Source of the DNA: a virus
Strand: one strand, 5' to 3'
DNA length: 64,000 nt
IMG/VR virus record: IMGVR_UViG_3300030685_000353
Location: 1-64,000 of that record
The notes below the pieces were generated by a model, which worked only from the letters and a program-made list of their open reading frames with translations, made no database searches and was not told the DNA's origin. Both the position numbers and the translations under genes were made by a program. Of this stretch, positions 40,652-50,203 are shown one piece after another (position 1 is the first letter of the stretch; every line of letters begins with the position of its first letter).

Positions 40652-41174
40652 CTCTCCACTTTATTAGCTTCTCCATTTTTTCTGTCTTCGTTTTCATCGG
40701 TCCATAAAAACTTTCAAATATCATCTTTTCTGCTACAATATCATTCTGTGTACCCAAATAGTATTTTGTACCTTTTGGTATTATCCAAATAGTATTTATT
40801 GATCCCCTTAATTTAGTGGAAACTCTAGCATGAAGACCATCATCTATCATCCAAAAGAACCCATCCAATTTAAAAGTTTTCTTAAACGTTGCAGTTTCTT
40901 CTTTACTATACAAGTAAGAAGATTGAAAAGAACCTCGTAATTGAATAGCACAATATTCTTCTTTTCGTGAATTGTATTCATCATGACGATAGATAGTAGT
41001 ATCTACAGTATTGTAAAATTCATTACGATAATATCCTAAACTGTTTGATCCAAGAAAATATTTTTTCTTTTCAAGCGTAGATTGATTGAAAACACCCATA
41101 ATTCTGCAATGCTTATATACTAAAATATCTTGCTTGGCAGTTTTTGGGAAAAAGTGTGTAGTTTTTAAGCACAT
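40644..41174 (-). CDS. Paralogue family A, copy 2
   Basis: MCLKTT, DILVYK, GLHA, IPKGTKYY, DIVA. Confidence 0.7.
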   Translation of the reverse strand: MCLKTTHFFPKTAKQDILVYKHCRIMGVFNQSTLEKKKYFLGSNSLGYYRNEFYNTVDTTIYRHDEYNSRKEEYCAIQLRGSFQSSYLYSKEETATFKKTFKLDGFFWMIDDGLHARVSTKLRGSINTIWIIPKGTKYYLGTQNDIVAEKMIFESFYGPMKTKTEKMEKLIKWRDE

Positions 41175-41175
41175 A

Positions 41176-41682
41176 TTAACATTCAGTTAAAGTTGTTGTA
41201 TTATCTTTCCATTGTATGATGAAGTGTTTTTCATGTGACCATTTGCCCCAATATCCATGGTGATCAGGATCTAAGATGTATAGATATTCTCCTGCTTCAC
41301 CATTTAGATTACTATGATTATAAGGTAGTAGTCTTGAAAAGTTCAATCTGGTAGATACTATCTCAGACTCAGACTTATAGTAACATGAACCTCTTGGTAT
41401 AATCCATTCAGTATTGTTACGAAACTTGTTGTTTATATTAGCATGCAATCCTTCTTCGATATTAGCACGATAATTAAATAATGAATTTTGAACAACTTTC
41501 ACTCCTAATCCGGAACGTTCTTTTTTATTGTATACATGTCCTCTTCTCACAGCAGCTTTCAATTCTATCACTGTGGGATTGAATTCATCACCTTCATACT
41601 TAAGATAGATTTCACAATTTTTGTACACTACGATATCTTTCCATGCAAATCGTGGAATAATTTGAGAGGTTCTTAAACACAT
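41176..41682 (-). CDS. Paralogue family A, copy 3
   Basis: MCLRTS, DIVVYK, GLHA, IPRGSCYY, EIVS. Confidence 0.7.
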   Translation of the reverse strand: MCLRTSQIIPRFAWKDIVVYKNCEIYLKYEGDEFNPTVIELKAAVRRGHVYNKKERSGLGVKVVQNSLFNYRANIEEGLHANINNKFRNNTEWIIPRGSCYYKSESEIVSTRLNFSRLLPYNHSNLNGEAGEYLYILDPDHHGYWGKWSHEKHFIIQWKDNTTTLTEC

Positions 41683-41691
41683 ACTATTATG

Positions 41692-41883
41692 CTAATTTAA
41701 TTTTGGATTTAAAAGAATAAATGATTGTACTGCTATAGTAGTCATAGAAACTGTTTTTTCAACTTCTGGACCACCTGGAAAACTATATTCTTTAACCATC
41801 TTAGAAATGAATGACATGTTCGATACTGCTTCACAGGGTGTTAAAGAATTCCACCAAGCTGTAATTTCTTTAGTTAATTTCAT
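41692..41883 (-). CDS. Hypothetical protein
   Basis: ORF. Confidence 0.5.
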   Translation of the reverse strand: MKLTKEITAWWNSLTPCEAVSNMSFISKMVKEYSFPGGPEVEKTVSMTTIAVQSFILLNPKLN

Positions 41884-42122
41884 AATTTTCTTTTTCGTAT
41901 TTCACGTTCTAAACATCTTCTTTGAATATGTTGAGGTCCTTTACTAATAGTCCAATCATACATATAGTACAAAACTTTTAATTCACTATCAGTTAAATCT
42001 CTTGCTTCTTTTACTATTCTTCTAGCAGAAGTTCCCCACCACCAATTAAAATATTTTGTAGTATCTCTTACCATATCTAAAAGTTTGAATTTAAAAAATC
42101 TTTCCAAGAAACCCAACCACAA
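41880..42122 (-). CDS. Hypothetical protein
   Basis: ORF; real start probably MVRDTTK. Confidence 0.5.
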   Translation of the reverse strand: MWLGFLERFFKFKLLDMVRDTTKYFNWWWGTSARRIVKEARDLTDSELKVLYYMYDWTISKGPQHIQRRCLEREIRKRKL

Positions 42123-42322
42123 TCTTTATATGTTTTGTTAGGCCTTAGTGGTAGAAAACCTACTGCCCAACCTTGCATTTTTTTCACAAATTGGGCTTTT
42201 GTCTTTATATTGGGATAATGGGTTGCCATATGAGCTTTTGACTCTTCGTATGTCCAATAGTTCATAAAATGATATTCAAGAGGATTATTATACAGATGAT
42301 CAAGATGGAAATCAGTGACCAT
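42077..42322 (-). CDS. Small protein resembling an integrase-repeat-unit domain
   Basis: TYEES...IKT...LPLRPNKTYKDCGWVSWKDFL; real start probably MNYWT. Confidence 0.55.
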   Translation of the reverse strand: MVTDFHLDHLYNNPLEYHFMNYWTYEESKAHMATHYPNIKTKAQFVKKMQGWAVGFLPLRPNKTYKDCGWVSWKDFLNSNF

Positions 42323-42346
42323 TTCAAGCTATATTTGAGTATTTTT

Positions 42347-42610
42347 CTACTGTACATCTACAATACAATCATTATTTTCGATATGTCTATGTACTTTATC
42401 CGGATTTATGTATACGTGTGGAAGATTAACAGGTTCAGACAATCTCCAACATCTATTAATTTTTTCACCAACAACTATTGTATTGTTAGGAGAAATAAAT
42501 GCTATTCTTCCTCCCGGTGCATTATCTAGTACCGCAAAAACTTCGAATTTAACTATCTGTTCTCCGAAATCAGTTTTTACTGCAATCGTTATCTTATCTC
42601 CTTTATTCAT
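42347..42610 (-). CDS. Hypothetical protein
   Basis: ORF. Confidence 0.5.
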   Translation of the reverse strand: MNKGDKITIAVKTDFGEQIVKFEVFAVLDNAPGGRIAFISPNNTIVVGEKINRCWRLSEPVNLPHVYINPDKVHRHIENNDCIVDVQ

Positions 42611-42630
42611 AATAACATATTTTGTGAAAA

Positions 42631-43290
42631 TTAAAAAACTTTTGTTTGATCACCACATTTACCTACCTCTTTTTTCTCCATACGTTCTTCCCAGTCACCA
42701 ATACTGCATGGATAATTTCTACAATTGTCACATGCATACTCTTTTACTAGTGATATAATTTCAGGTGTATTACCTGAACGTTCTACACGTCCTATACTTT
42801 GCAGATTTCTTATTTCATCTTCAGTTGATACTGGACCCATATCGATCGGATCCATTAGAATTATGTTATTGGTAGTTTCTCTGAACTTAGCAAGTTTACG
42901 ATTCATTTCCATCATCTTCTCGTCAATCATCTCGGCTGCACTGGGTAGAGGTTTTAGCCCATCATCTGCTTGTTTAATTTCACATATCATACAATCTAAG
43001 AAAGCTTCTCTACTTTTTCTGTCATAAGAAGGCCACCAATGACTAGTATCACGAGGTTTTTCTATTCGCTTATCAGTTTTACTGTAGAAATTTGCATTCT
43101 CATACGTGAATAGAGGAATACAACGCTCTAAATCATTATATCCTTTACAATAATGATTATAATGAGCTAAAGATTTGCTTATTTGCCAACATAATCCTCT
43201 TCTACAGTCATCTTCGAATAGTTCAATCTTCGCTCTTTCCAGTACTTGAATCTGTTGTTTCAGTGTCAGTCTTTTTGATTCTATTTGCAT
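42631..43290 (-). CDS. Paralogue family B (GLC...WW...R..F/Y), copy 1
   Basis: RGLCWQI, IPLF, HWWP, SREAFL. Confidence 0.7.
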   Translation of the reverse strand: MQIESKRLTLKQQIQVLERAKIELFEDDCRRGLCWQISKSLAHYNHYCKGYNDLERCIPLFTYENANFYSKTDKRIEKPRDTSHWWPSYDRKSREAFLDCMICEIKQADDGLKPLPSAAEMIDEKMMEMNRKLAKFRETTNNIILMDPIDMGPVSTEDEIRNLQSIGRVERSGNTPEIISLVKEYACDNCRNYPCSIGDWEERMEKKEVGKCGDQTKVF

Positions 43291-43495
43291 TTCGTCTAAA
43301 TTTAAAAAAATATACGATTAGTAAAACGATAAGTAGAGGTAATGTTAATGGCCATAGTAAGCCAATTCCAAATACTCCGAGCATTGGATTCTCTACAACT
43401 TTATCTCTATTTTTAGGTAACTTATCGTCTAAGTATTTTGTAATCAGAACAGCTGCTGCAAATCCTGATACATAAATTTGTGTTCTATTCAGCAT
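43223..43495 (-). CDS. Small membrane protein
   Basis: Two hydrophobic segments; LLWPL. Confidence 0.5.
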   Translation of the reverse strand: MLNRTQIYVSGFAAAVLITKYLDDKLPKNRDKVVENPMLGVFGIGLLWPLTLPLLIVLLIVYFFKFRRNANRIKKTDTETTDSSTGKSED

Positions 43496-43934
43496 TGAAA
43501 TAGTTTTTAATTGATCTCAAATATCCGGCAAATCTCTGTTTAATCTCATCCACTCTTATTGTCCACTCGATTTCATGCATCATCATGAATAGAAAAGCTT
43601 TTCTTGATATGAAATCATCTTTTGGCCACCAGTATCTATCGTGTGCCATTATTGGCTTACTTATTCCAAAACGTCTAGAATACTTTTTAGCAACCTCAAA
43701 TCTTAGTTGAGGAACATATCTGTGTGATAAAACAACATTATCAGGTCCGACAAAACCAAGCTCTCTAATTGCTACTGCTACATAATAGCATAATCCATGA
43801 GTAAGAGGCATTGGTAATGTATCAACATCTTTCCTCATAATTTCATCAGCTCTCCTCAGAACTAGTAGCTGATCAAGTAATCCGATCTTATCCGACTTTA
43901 TAGTTACTTTCATATTCTTTATTTTAGATTCCAA
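43485..43934 (-). CDS. Paralogue family B, copy 2
   Basis: HGLCYYV, VPQL, YWWP, SRKAFL. Confidence 0.7.
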   Translation of the reverse strand: MESKIKNMKVTIKSDKIGLLDQLLVLRRADEIMRKDVDTLPMPLTHGLCYYVAVAIRELGFVGPDNVVLSHRYVPQLRFEVAKKYSRRFGISKPIMAHDRYWWPKDDFISRKAFLFMMMHEIEWTIRVDEIKQRFAGYLRSIKNYFNAE

Positions 43935-44172
43935 GTAACCGATCTATAGCATCATCCCATTGATGGAAAATACATTCTCTCCTAGGAATTTTACCTTCAA
44001 CCGGTATTTCAATAAGTTCATCTTCATATTTAAGTTTCCATCCAGTCTCTTTTTTCTCACGGATATCAGCTAATAAAATGAGAAACTCTATCTCATTTAT
44101 GAAACCCTCGGTTTCTCCAATAGGATTAAAGACTTCTACTGTCTCAATCTGAATTCTACACAGTTTAATCAT
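43924..44172 (-). CDS. Hypothetical protein (distantly similar to 51072..51377)
   Basis: VEVFNPIGETEGFINEIEF versus LRVYTKDDKYAGVLNNDVEL. Confidence 0.55.
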   Translation of the reverse strand: MIKLCRIQIETVEVFNPIGETEGFINEIEFLILLADIREKKETGWKLKYEDELIEIPVEGKIPRRECIFHQWDDAIDRLLGI

Positions 44173-44173
44173 A

Positions 44174-44404
44174 TTACTTTACAAAATTTGGTTTTCCTTC
44201 AAATACTTCCCATGATAAGTGAATCCATCCACTAGGGATATAGTGGCTAACCATTTTACTGTCTAATATTCTATGACCTCCACTATCACTTACGTTCAAA
44301 TGTGTTGGCTTGTCTATTGTTACAGTAGCTCCATTAGCCCATCGATAAGTTCTAGATTTCTCTGAAGATATCTCTTTAAATACTAATCCACTTTCATTGT
44401 ACAT
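44174..44404 (-). CDS. Conserved phage hypothetical protein
   Basis: ISSEKSRTY, LNVSDSGGHRILD, HYIPSGW. Confidence 0.65.
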   Translation of the reverse strand: MYNESGLVFKEISSEKSRTYRWANGATVTIDKPTHLNVSDSGGHRILDSKMVSHYIPSGWIHLSWEVFEGKPNFVK

Positions 44405-44831
44405 ACTTTATAAGTTTATTGTAAGCATCCTTTAAATGATTCTTAATCTTAGTCTTCATTTCTTCCCATACAATAAGAACCTCAATTCTTACTAAGATTT
44501 GTTCAAAGTATGCAATACGTGCAACTTTATTTTTGACGTCCCACCAATATCCCATAGTTTCATTACACAGTTCTGGAACTTCAAACTTATGTTTCTTTGC
44601 ATATTTCTTTGCAATCTTGTAATCAAACTGAGGAATGAACTCTCCCAAGGTATTGTACGATATTTTCCACGAATCCCTTTCACGTTCAGTTCCCTCAAAA
44701 TGCTTAATTAATGCATTATACGTATAGTTACAAAGACCTACTTTATCATCTAACGTTTTCAGTGAATTAATGACACTTTCAACTATCCCTTTCTGTTCCA
44801 GTAGTGTAATTCTTTCCGATTTTATTTTCAT
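44394..44831 (-). CDS. Paralogue family B, copy 3
   Basis: MKIKSERITLLEQ, GLCNY, LGEFIPQF, GYWW, RIAYF. Confidence 0.72.
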   Translation of the reverse strand: MKIKSERITLLEQKGIVESVINSLKTLDDKVGLCNYTYNALIKHFEGTERERDSWKISYNTLGEFIPQFDYKIAKKYAKKHKFEVPELCNETMGYWWDVKNKVARIAYFEQILVRIEVLIVWEEMKTKIKNHLKDAYNKLIKYVQ

Positions 44832-45274
44832 ACCAACTTCGTTAGTTTTGTAATTGATTCTTTAACATCTGACTTCACATTTTCCCATAAATCACCAATA
44901 GTAATAAGGATCGTCACTCTCACCATCATTTGATGCAAGTATGCTAGTCTCGATAGCTTATCATCAACTGGCCACCAATACCCTGAACTGAATGTAGATT
45001 CATCTAGTCTAGTTAATGGCATTTCATAGTGATGTTGTTTCGCATACTTCTTTGCTGTCTTCAAATTGAACTGAGGGATGAACTCTCCCAAACTAGTATG
45101 CGTTATTTTCCACGGTTGCTTAATGTTACCTGTGGCATTTGAGTAACTGACTAATGCAGTATAGAGATAGTAACAAAGTCCTTTATTTTGAACAGAGTCT
45201 TTCACCAATGACATAGCAATTCTGAGCACTGCTTCCTGTTCCAATAAAGTAATTTTTTTCGATTTGATTTTCAT
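44828..45274 (-). CDS. Paralogue family B, copy 4
   Basis: MKIKSKKITLLEQ, GLCYY, LGEFIPQF, GYWWP, RLAYL. Confidence 0.72.
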   Translation of the reverse strand: MKIKSKKITLLEQEAVLRIAMSLVKDSVQNKGLCYYLYTALVSYSNATGNIKQPWKITHTSLGEFIPQFNLKTAKKYAKQHHYEMPLTRLDESTFSSGYWWPVDDKLSRLAYLHQMMVRVTILITIGDLWENVKSDVKESITKLTKLV

Positions 45275-45450
45275 TTGAACTCCGTTAAGAATAGAACAAT
45301 ATAAAACATAGAATAAATCAGCATAATAGGCATTCCGATCATTATAGCTGGATATCCGTGTGTAAATTCACCATTAGTTACATAGTCCATAATTTTCCAT
45401 ATTAGGAAATAGCCTATTAGAAATAAAGTGAACCCTAAGACATAATTCAT
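45271..45450 (-). CDS. Small two-TM membrane protein (59 aa)
   Basis: Manual translation MNYVLGFTLFLIGYFLIWK...IVLFLTEFK; ATGA overlap with the next gene. Confidence 0.55.
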   Translation of the reverse strand: MNYVLGFTLFLIGYFLIWKIMDYVTNGEFTHGYPAIMIGMPIMLIYSMFYIVLFLTEFK

Positions 45451-45639
45451 ACATTTTCATTTTGATAGAATACAATTACTAATAATTGATAGAATACAAT
45501 ATAACCAATTAGATACTCAAAAGAAACTGATTACTCTGATCAAATCTGTGTATAACTCAACATGCTTCAAAAGCTTCATAGTTGTTGGATTTGATAAGGT
45601 ATCTATGCATAGCTGCGTTACTATGGTGGTAGTTGAAGT

Positions 45640-45982
45640 AGCTGGGTACTCTGAGGTTATCTGAGGAATATCTGAGGTGATACTGAGTACTCTGAAGGAT
45701 ATCTGGGTAGTCTGAAAGAACTGAAGAATCTGATGCAGATCGAACCAGGGAGAATCTAGCTTAGCCCCGCCCTATGTTCTCTGCGAGTTGGGCACCTATA
45801 TGCGCACCTTTGTACAAGCAGCTGATCCTTTTGAACAAGCTTTGCAGCTGCTTGTACCTTACTTGCTCCTAACTGCTTGCTAAGCTGTCCACTATGTTCC
45901 CCTCAAGTTGGGCACCTATAGTGCGCATCTAAGTACAAGCAGTAGGTGGATGAATCACAAGCAATCTACTCCTAGATTGCTT
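45640..45982. repeat. Non-coding repeat/palindrome block
   Basis: About ten (T)CTGA/CTGG units at 8-11 bp spacing (45642-45735); two ~50-bp direct repeats (45772, 45892); 13-bp inverted repeat gtacaagcagctg/cagctgcttgtac; hairpin 45959-45982. Confidence 0.75.
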
Positions 45983-46331
45983 CCTGTATTACAGGTGTGT
46001 TATCCATTACCAAGAATGAGGTTCCTGAAGTTCCACTTCCGTATGTACGGTAAAAGTCCTGCTTATCGAGGATGATAGAGCTTATTCTTCTCCATTCCTT
46101 CTCATCGTCATCTGTAAGCCATACCTCTGTATGACCACTTTTCCGAGTCTTAAGGGTGGATACCGTACAGTGCTTACTGTAGAAGTAATGTACTTTCTCA
46201 GTATCATGCTTGCTTTTGTAACATACGATAACTAACACCTTCATCCCTTTAGTCAGCTTATCCGGAGATAGTCTAGAGGTACGATGTTTAAGGTATTCTG
46301 CTTTCGTTGTTGGGTTAGCCATGTCTCTCAT
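45972..46331 (-). CDS. Hypothetical protein
   Basis: ORF. Confidence 0.55.
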   Translation of the reverse strand: MRDMANPTTKAEYLKHRTSRLSPDKLTKGMKVLVIVCYKSKHDTEKVHYFYSKHCTVSTLKTRKSGHTEVWLTDDDEKEWRRISSIILDKQDFYRTYGSGTSGTSFLVMDNTPVIQEAI

Positions 46332-46793
46332 ATTATATTGTTAGAGCAAAATTGACAGTTTCTTATTTTGCATGTTTTACAATCGTAAATTGATGTATTA
46401 TTATCGATCCAATCTTCTTCCATGTGGTTTTATTTTTAATTACAATACAAATATAACACATTTCTATCATAGTGGGAAACGCTAGATAAAAAGAAGTGCA
46501 AGAATGAAACAGATTGATAAGACGTAGAACGAAATGACGACTTTTGGGAATGTAAGTTTCATGTCTGTAGCATTTTGATTAGTAATAAGTACCTATTTAG
46601 GAGTCTTTAAGATTAAGGACGAATACTCGAAGGAATTGGCGTTGGATAATGGATTAGATATTTAATCCGAAATCTATGAACGTAGTAGTCTTTCCTTTCA
46701 TGAAATCTCCATACGAGGGAGCTGCGATATTGTTCTTTGAACAGTAAATGCAATACAGTAACCAGAGTTTGAATGGGTTCATATGTCTATTTG

Positions 46794-47006
46794 TTATTCA
46801 TCTTCTTCTGATGGATCTAGTTCGATTAGTTCAAATTCCTGAAAGAGTCCTTGGACGAAAATGTCAACTTCTCGGTAGGTTTGAAGGATGTCTTTATAAC
46901 GAAGTACACATTCGATGAAATTCTCAGTACATTCTGGAGTCAAATATCCATTAGCGAGATCGATTAGATATTGACGAAGTTCTTCTAGTGTGATAGGCTG
47001 TTCCAT
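46794..47006 (-). CDS. Small acidic hypothetical protein
   Basis: ORF. Confidence 0.55.
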   Translation of the reverse strand: MEQPITLEELRQYLIDLANGYLTPECTENFIECVLRYKDILQTYREVDIFVQGLFQEFELIELDPSEEDE

Positions 47007-47088
47007 GATAATGGTTTATATTAATGATGGTTCCAAGTTTAAGACGAATACTCGAAGGAAACGTCTTAAACTTGGTCTATCCTTGCTG

Positions 47089-47472
47089 TTAATGATTACG
47101 ATAGTACTCTTTGCGTCTATTTACGATTCCTCTGATGCAGCAATGTAGAGCTTCGATAGGGTCAGTGAAGAGGATGCGATCTACCATATAGCTGATGAAC
47201 TGGTCATTTCCATAATTAGCAGGGCGTTTGACTTTTATCACTGGGTTTATCTGATACATCTGATTCCAGCCGACGTGTTTAACTATTCTACGTACATATC
47301 CTGATGAATATATGCCGTAGTAGACTTTTGATTCAGTATCGAAAATGAAGATAGTTCCATTCTTCCGTTGAGTATCTGAAGAAACATCTGATATACCACC
47401 TATCTGACAAAGTGTAAGAAGAATGTGTTTTCTGATGTCGTCTGTGAGTGTGAATGTATGTGGGGTTGCCAT
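47089..47472 (-). CDS. Hypothetical protein with SSDTQRKNGT motif
   Basis: Motif shared with 25637..26059. Confidence 0.6.
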   Translation of the reverse strand: MATPHTFTLTDDIRKHILLTLCQIGGISDVSSDTQRKNGTIFIFDTESKVYYGIYSSGYVRRIVKHVGWNQMYQINPVIKVKRPANYGNDQFISYMVDRILFTDPIEALHCCIRGIVNRRKEYYRNH

Positions 47473-47644
47473 AATATTAAGAACAGATGATTTGACCTAC
47501 TACATAGAATACAAGGCATGAAAAGAGGGTGATTTCCCAAGGAGAAGATTTTTTGATGAGTTGTTTGATACGTTTCATATTGTTTAATTTTTAATTACAA
47601 TACAAATATAATACAATTCTATCAAGTGGGGAAACGTAAGATGA

Positions 47645-47806
47645 TTAATCTTGAAAATGTTTTATCGAACTGTCTTCGTCTTCTTCATCCTTTTCGATGT
47701 TGGTTGAAAAGGACTTGTCGTAGTCCTCTTCTTCCTTATCTATGTTAACAGAGAAGTTATCGTAGTCATCCTCTTCTTCTTTCCAATCACTTCCAAATAG
47801 TGTCAT
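47645..47806 (-). CDS. Highly acidic 53-aa repeat microprotein
   Basis: MTLFGSDWKEEEDDYDNFSVNIDKEEEDYDKSFSTNIEKDEEDEDSSIKHFQD; start coupled to the upstream stop (TAATG). Confidence 0.6.
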   Translation of the reverse strand: MTLFGSDWKEEEDDYDNFSVNIDKEEEDYDKSFSTNIEKDEEDEDSSIKHFQD

Positions 47807-48324
47807 TAGTCTATCAGAAATTTGAGGCGGTACATTCTTGTGTTGCCATTATCGTAAGGGTCATTGATGATTCCGTGGAATATCCAAAGGTCATCTGATT
47901 CCACTCTATCAGTAGCATCTAGGATACATTTAGTTATTTCGCGAAGGGAAGTAGGAGCGTTGTCCACTTTGATATCGATTGCGATATCACAATCTTCTGT
48001 GGCCCTGCCATTGTTTTTAACAGATGAACAATAGATTTTATGACCGTAAAATTTGAGGGACTTTTCCAGTTTGGCTTTCTGTTTCAGAAGAAGTTCGTGA
48101 CGAGGATCGATTACTGTGACATCTACTGTTTCTTTGTAGTTCTCAATGTCATTGAAGATCGTGGAAGAGTTAATTCCAGTACAAATTGAAAGCATATTGG
48201 CCATGTCTGAATGAGTAAAGATCGGATCATTCGATAGATGGTTATGAGCGTTCTTGATAAGAAGTTTGTAGTGCTCTTTAATGTGTCGTTTATCGACTTC
48301 TAATTGTGAGGGAATATTGTTCAT
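47806..48324 (-). CDS. Hypothetical protein
   Basis: ORF behind a promoter repeat. Confidence 0.65.
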   Translation of the reverse strand: MNNIPSQLEVDKRHIKEHYKLLIKNAHNHLSNDPIFTHSDMANMLSICTGINSSTIFNDIENYKETVDVTVIDPRHELLLKQKAKLEKSLKFYGHKIYCSSVKNNGRATEDCDIAIDIKVDNAPTSLREITKCILDATDRVESDDLWIFHGIINDPYDNGNTRMYRLKFLID

Positions 48325-48387
48325 AAGTTTTATTTTTAATTACAATACAAATTTAATACAATTCTATCAATATTGAAAACGCTGGAG

Positions 48388-48894
48388 CTATAATTTTTGC
48401 AGTTCAGAGAGTCGAATTCTTATCCTTGCAAGTTCTTCATCAGTGTAAGTGCCCGGGATGATATTTTGAGGATTTATGCGACTCCAAACGACTTTGCCGT
48501 CATGTATTAAGTCCCATGATATAAATTGGTTAAATCTGAGCTCTTTCTTTTTACCTTTCTTTCTGAGTATGAGAAGGTCATTATCAAGTCCGTAGCTTCC
48601 GAAGATGTAGCATTCGCATTCTTGAGCGGTTTGGAAGCAGTGGATTGAATCATCCTGGTATTCGTGTAATCGAATAGTGACTTTATCTCCAGGTTTGAGT
48701 CCCATACTCTCAAGGTGTGCTTGGCCGTAGATTTCTTCTTTCTTTTTGTAACTTTCTAATACGGCTAATTCACTTTCACAAATATGATCGATCTGTTCCG
48801 CTGTAAGTAGACAACGGGTAGTTTGGAAGTACCTCATTCCCATATATTCTCTTACTTCTTGAGTCATGTAGTCCCAAAGTTCTGTTTTTGTCAT
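48388..48894 (-). CDS. Hypothetical protein
   Basis: ORF. Confidence 0.65.
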   Translation of the reverse strand: MTKTELWDYMTQEVREYMGMRYFQTTRCLLTAEQIDHICESELAVLESYKKKEEIYGQAHLESMGLKPGDKVTIRLHEYQDDSIHCFQTAQECECYIFGSYGLDNDLLILRKKGKKKELRFNQFISWDLIHDGKVVWSRINPQNIIPGTYTDEELARIRIRLSELQKL

Positions 48895-48895
48895 C

Positions 48896-49072
48896 TTAGC
48901 GTTGATTACGTGAATTGTAGCGATCGATTGTCTCTTGATCAGTTTGACCGGGTCTGGCTTCTATTTGAACTCCTTTTGCCACTGTAACCATGCGTCCTTT
49001 TATTACTCCCATTGCTAGTTTCGTAGCTGGTACTTTACTTTTGTATACTCCGTATTTTGTATTATTGTCCAT
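48896..49072 (-). CDS. Small basic hypothetical protein
   Basis: Start corrected to MDNNTK, downstream of the promoter repeat. Confidence 0.6.
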   Translation of the reverse strand: MDNNTKYGVYKSKVPATKLAMGVIKGRMVTVAKGVQIEARPGQTDQETIDRYNSRNQR

Positions 49073-49140
49073 ATTGATTGTTTTATTAATTACAATACAA
49101 ATATAATACAATTCTATCAAAGTGGGAAAAGCTTGATAAA

Positions 49141-49362
49141 CTAAAATCCGTCGAATCCTAAAGTTACTGCCTCTTTGAGGTTTGCAACTTTTTTGGCGTT
49201 AGGGTACGTGGTCATGATTTCTTCCTCTGTGAGGATATTGTGAACAAGAACTTCTCCATGTAACATGCATGCTACGTATTTCTGAGAAGCGACAGCCTTA
49301 CCGAAAGTAGCGTACGTTTTATCGACTGGTAAAAAGTAGAGGTTTCCTATTGTGAATAACAT
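49141..49362 (-). CDS. Hypothetical protein
   Basis: Start corrected to MLFTIG. Confidence 0.55.
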   Translation of the reverse strand: MLFTIGNLYFLPVDKTYATFGKAVASQKYVACMLHGEVLVHNILTEEEIMTTYPNAKKVANLKEAVTLGFDGF

Positions 49363-49370
49363 AATTTGTC

Positions 49371-49715
49371 TTATTTTGTGGATGGTGTGATTGGTAGAAT
49401 GTAAACGTATCCATCGTATCCTTTGCATTTCCCTGAAGTGCAAGAAACGTAAGAAATAAGGTAATAAAAAGCCTCTGGGCGTTCTGAGTTTTCTGATTGG
49501 AGGAAAACTGATTGGTGAACAGAGCATCCTGATGGATATCTATTCTCTACTCTGGTTTCTGGATCGCCATACCAAGTGACTAATTGATGGGCTGCATTCC
49601 ATAGATTGTCTCCTTGTTTAACTGGAGTTCCGAAATCTGCTGCATCCTCGAAGATTTTAACTGCTCTTTTTTCTAAAAGTGCTTTACAATGGAATCCTTC
49701 TTTATATACTGACAT
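49371..49715 (-). CDS. Hypothetical protein
   Basis: Start corrected to MSVYKEG. Confidence 0.6.
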   Translation of the reverse strand: MSVYKEGFHCKALLEKRAVKIFEDAADFGTPVKQGDNLWNAAHQLVTWYGDPETRVENRYPSGCSVHQSVFLQSENSERPEAFYYLISYVSCTSGKCKGYDGYVYILPITPSTK

Positions 49716-49778
49716 AATGTATGATATTTTAATTACAATACAAATATAATACAATTCTATCAGTATGGGAAACGCTAA

Positions 49779-50201
49779 TCAATTTTTTGACAATTTTATT
49801 TTTCGTGCAAGTTCTTCATATGAATAGTCTCCAACTACTGCATCCATTATGAGAACATCGGGTGATTCAATGTTAGTACCCTTTCCATTGATAGTATCTC
49901 CTTTGGCGTAAGTATTATGTAAGGCGTTCGTAATGCCACTTTGTGAATAATAATGCAGAGTGCCATTGCCATCCTTTACGATTATGTCGTACATAGCGGA
50001 ATATCCTACTACAATAATCGGTCGTTTCAGAGTATTGAGTTCATGACATACGTACTCATTATACTCATCGATATTTTGGGGTGAAGCTACTTTACGAAAG
50101 TCTTTGTCAACTTGGTAGATCGTGCCTATTGTGAATCCCATATATGCATTGCCTGCCATTAAAAATAGTGCTATTGCACCGATGATCAGTATCTTTTTCA
50201 T
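49779..50201 (-). CDS. Exported or membrane-anchored protein
   Basis: Signal-peptide-like MKKILIIGAIALFLMAG. Confidence 0.6.
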   Translation of the reverse strand: MKKILIIGAIALFLMAGNAYMGFTIGTIYQVDKDFRKVASPQNIDEYNEYVCHELNTLKRPIIVVGYSAMYDIIVKDGNGTLHYYSQSGITNALHNTYAKGDTINGKGTNIESPDVLIMDAVVGDYSYEELARKIKLSKN

Positions 50202-50203
50202 GT

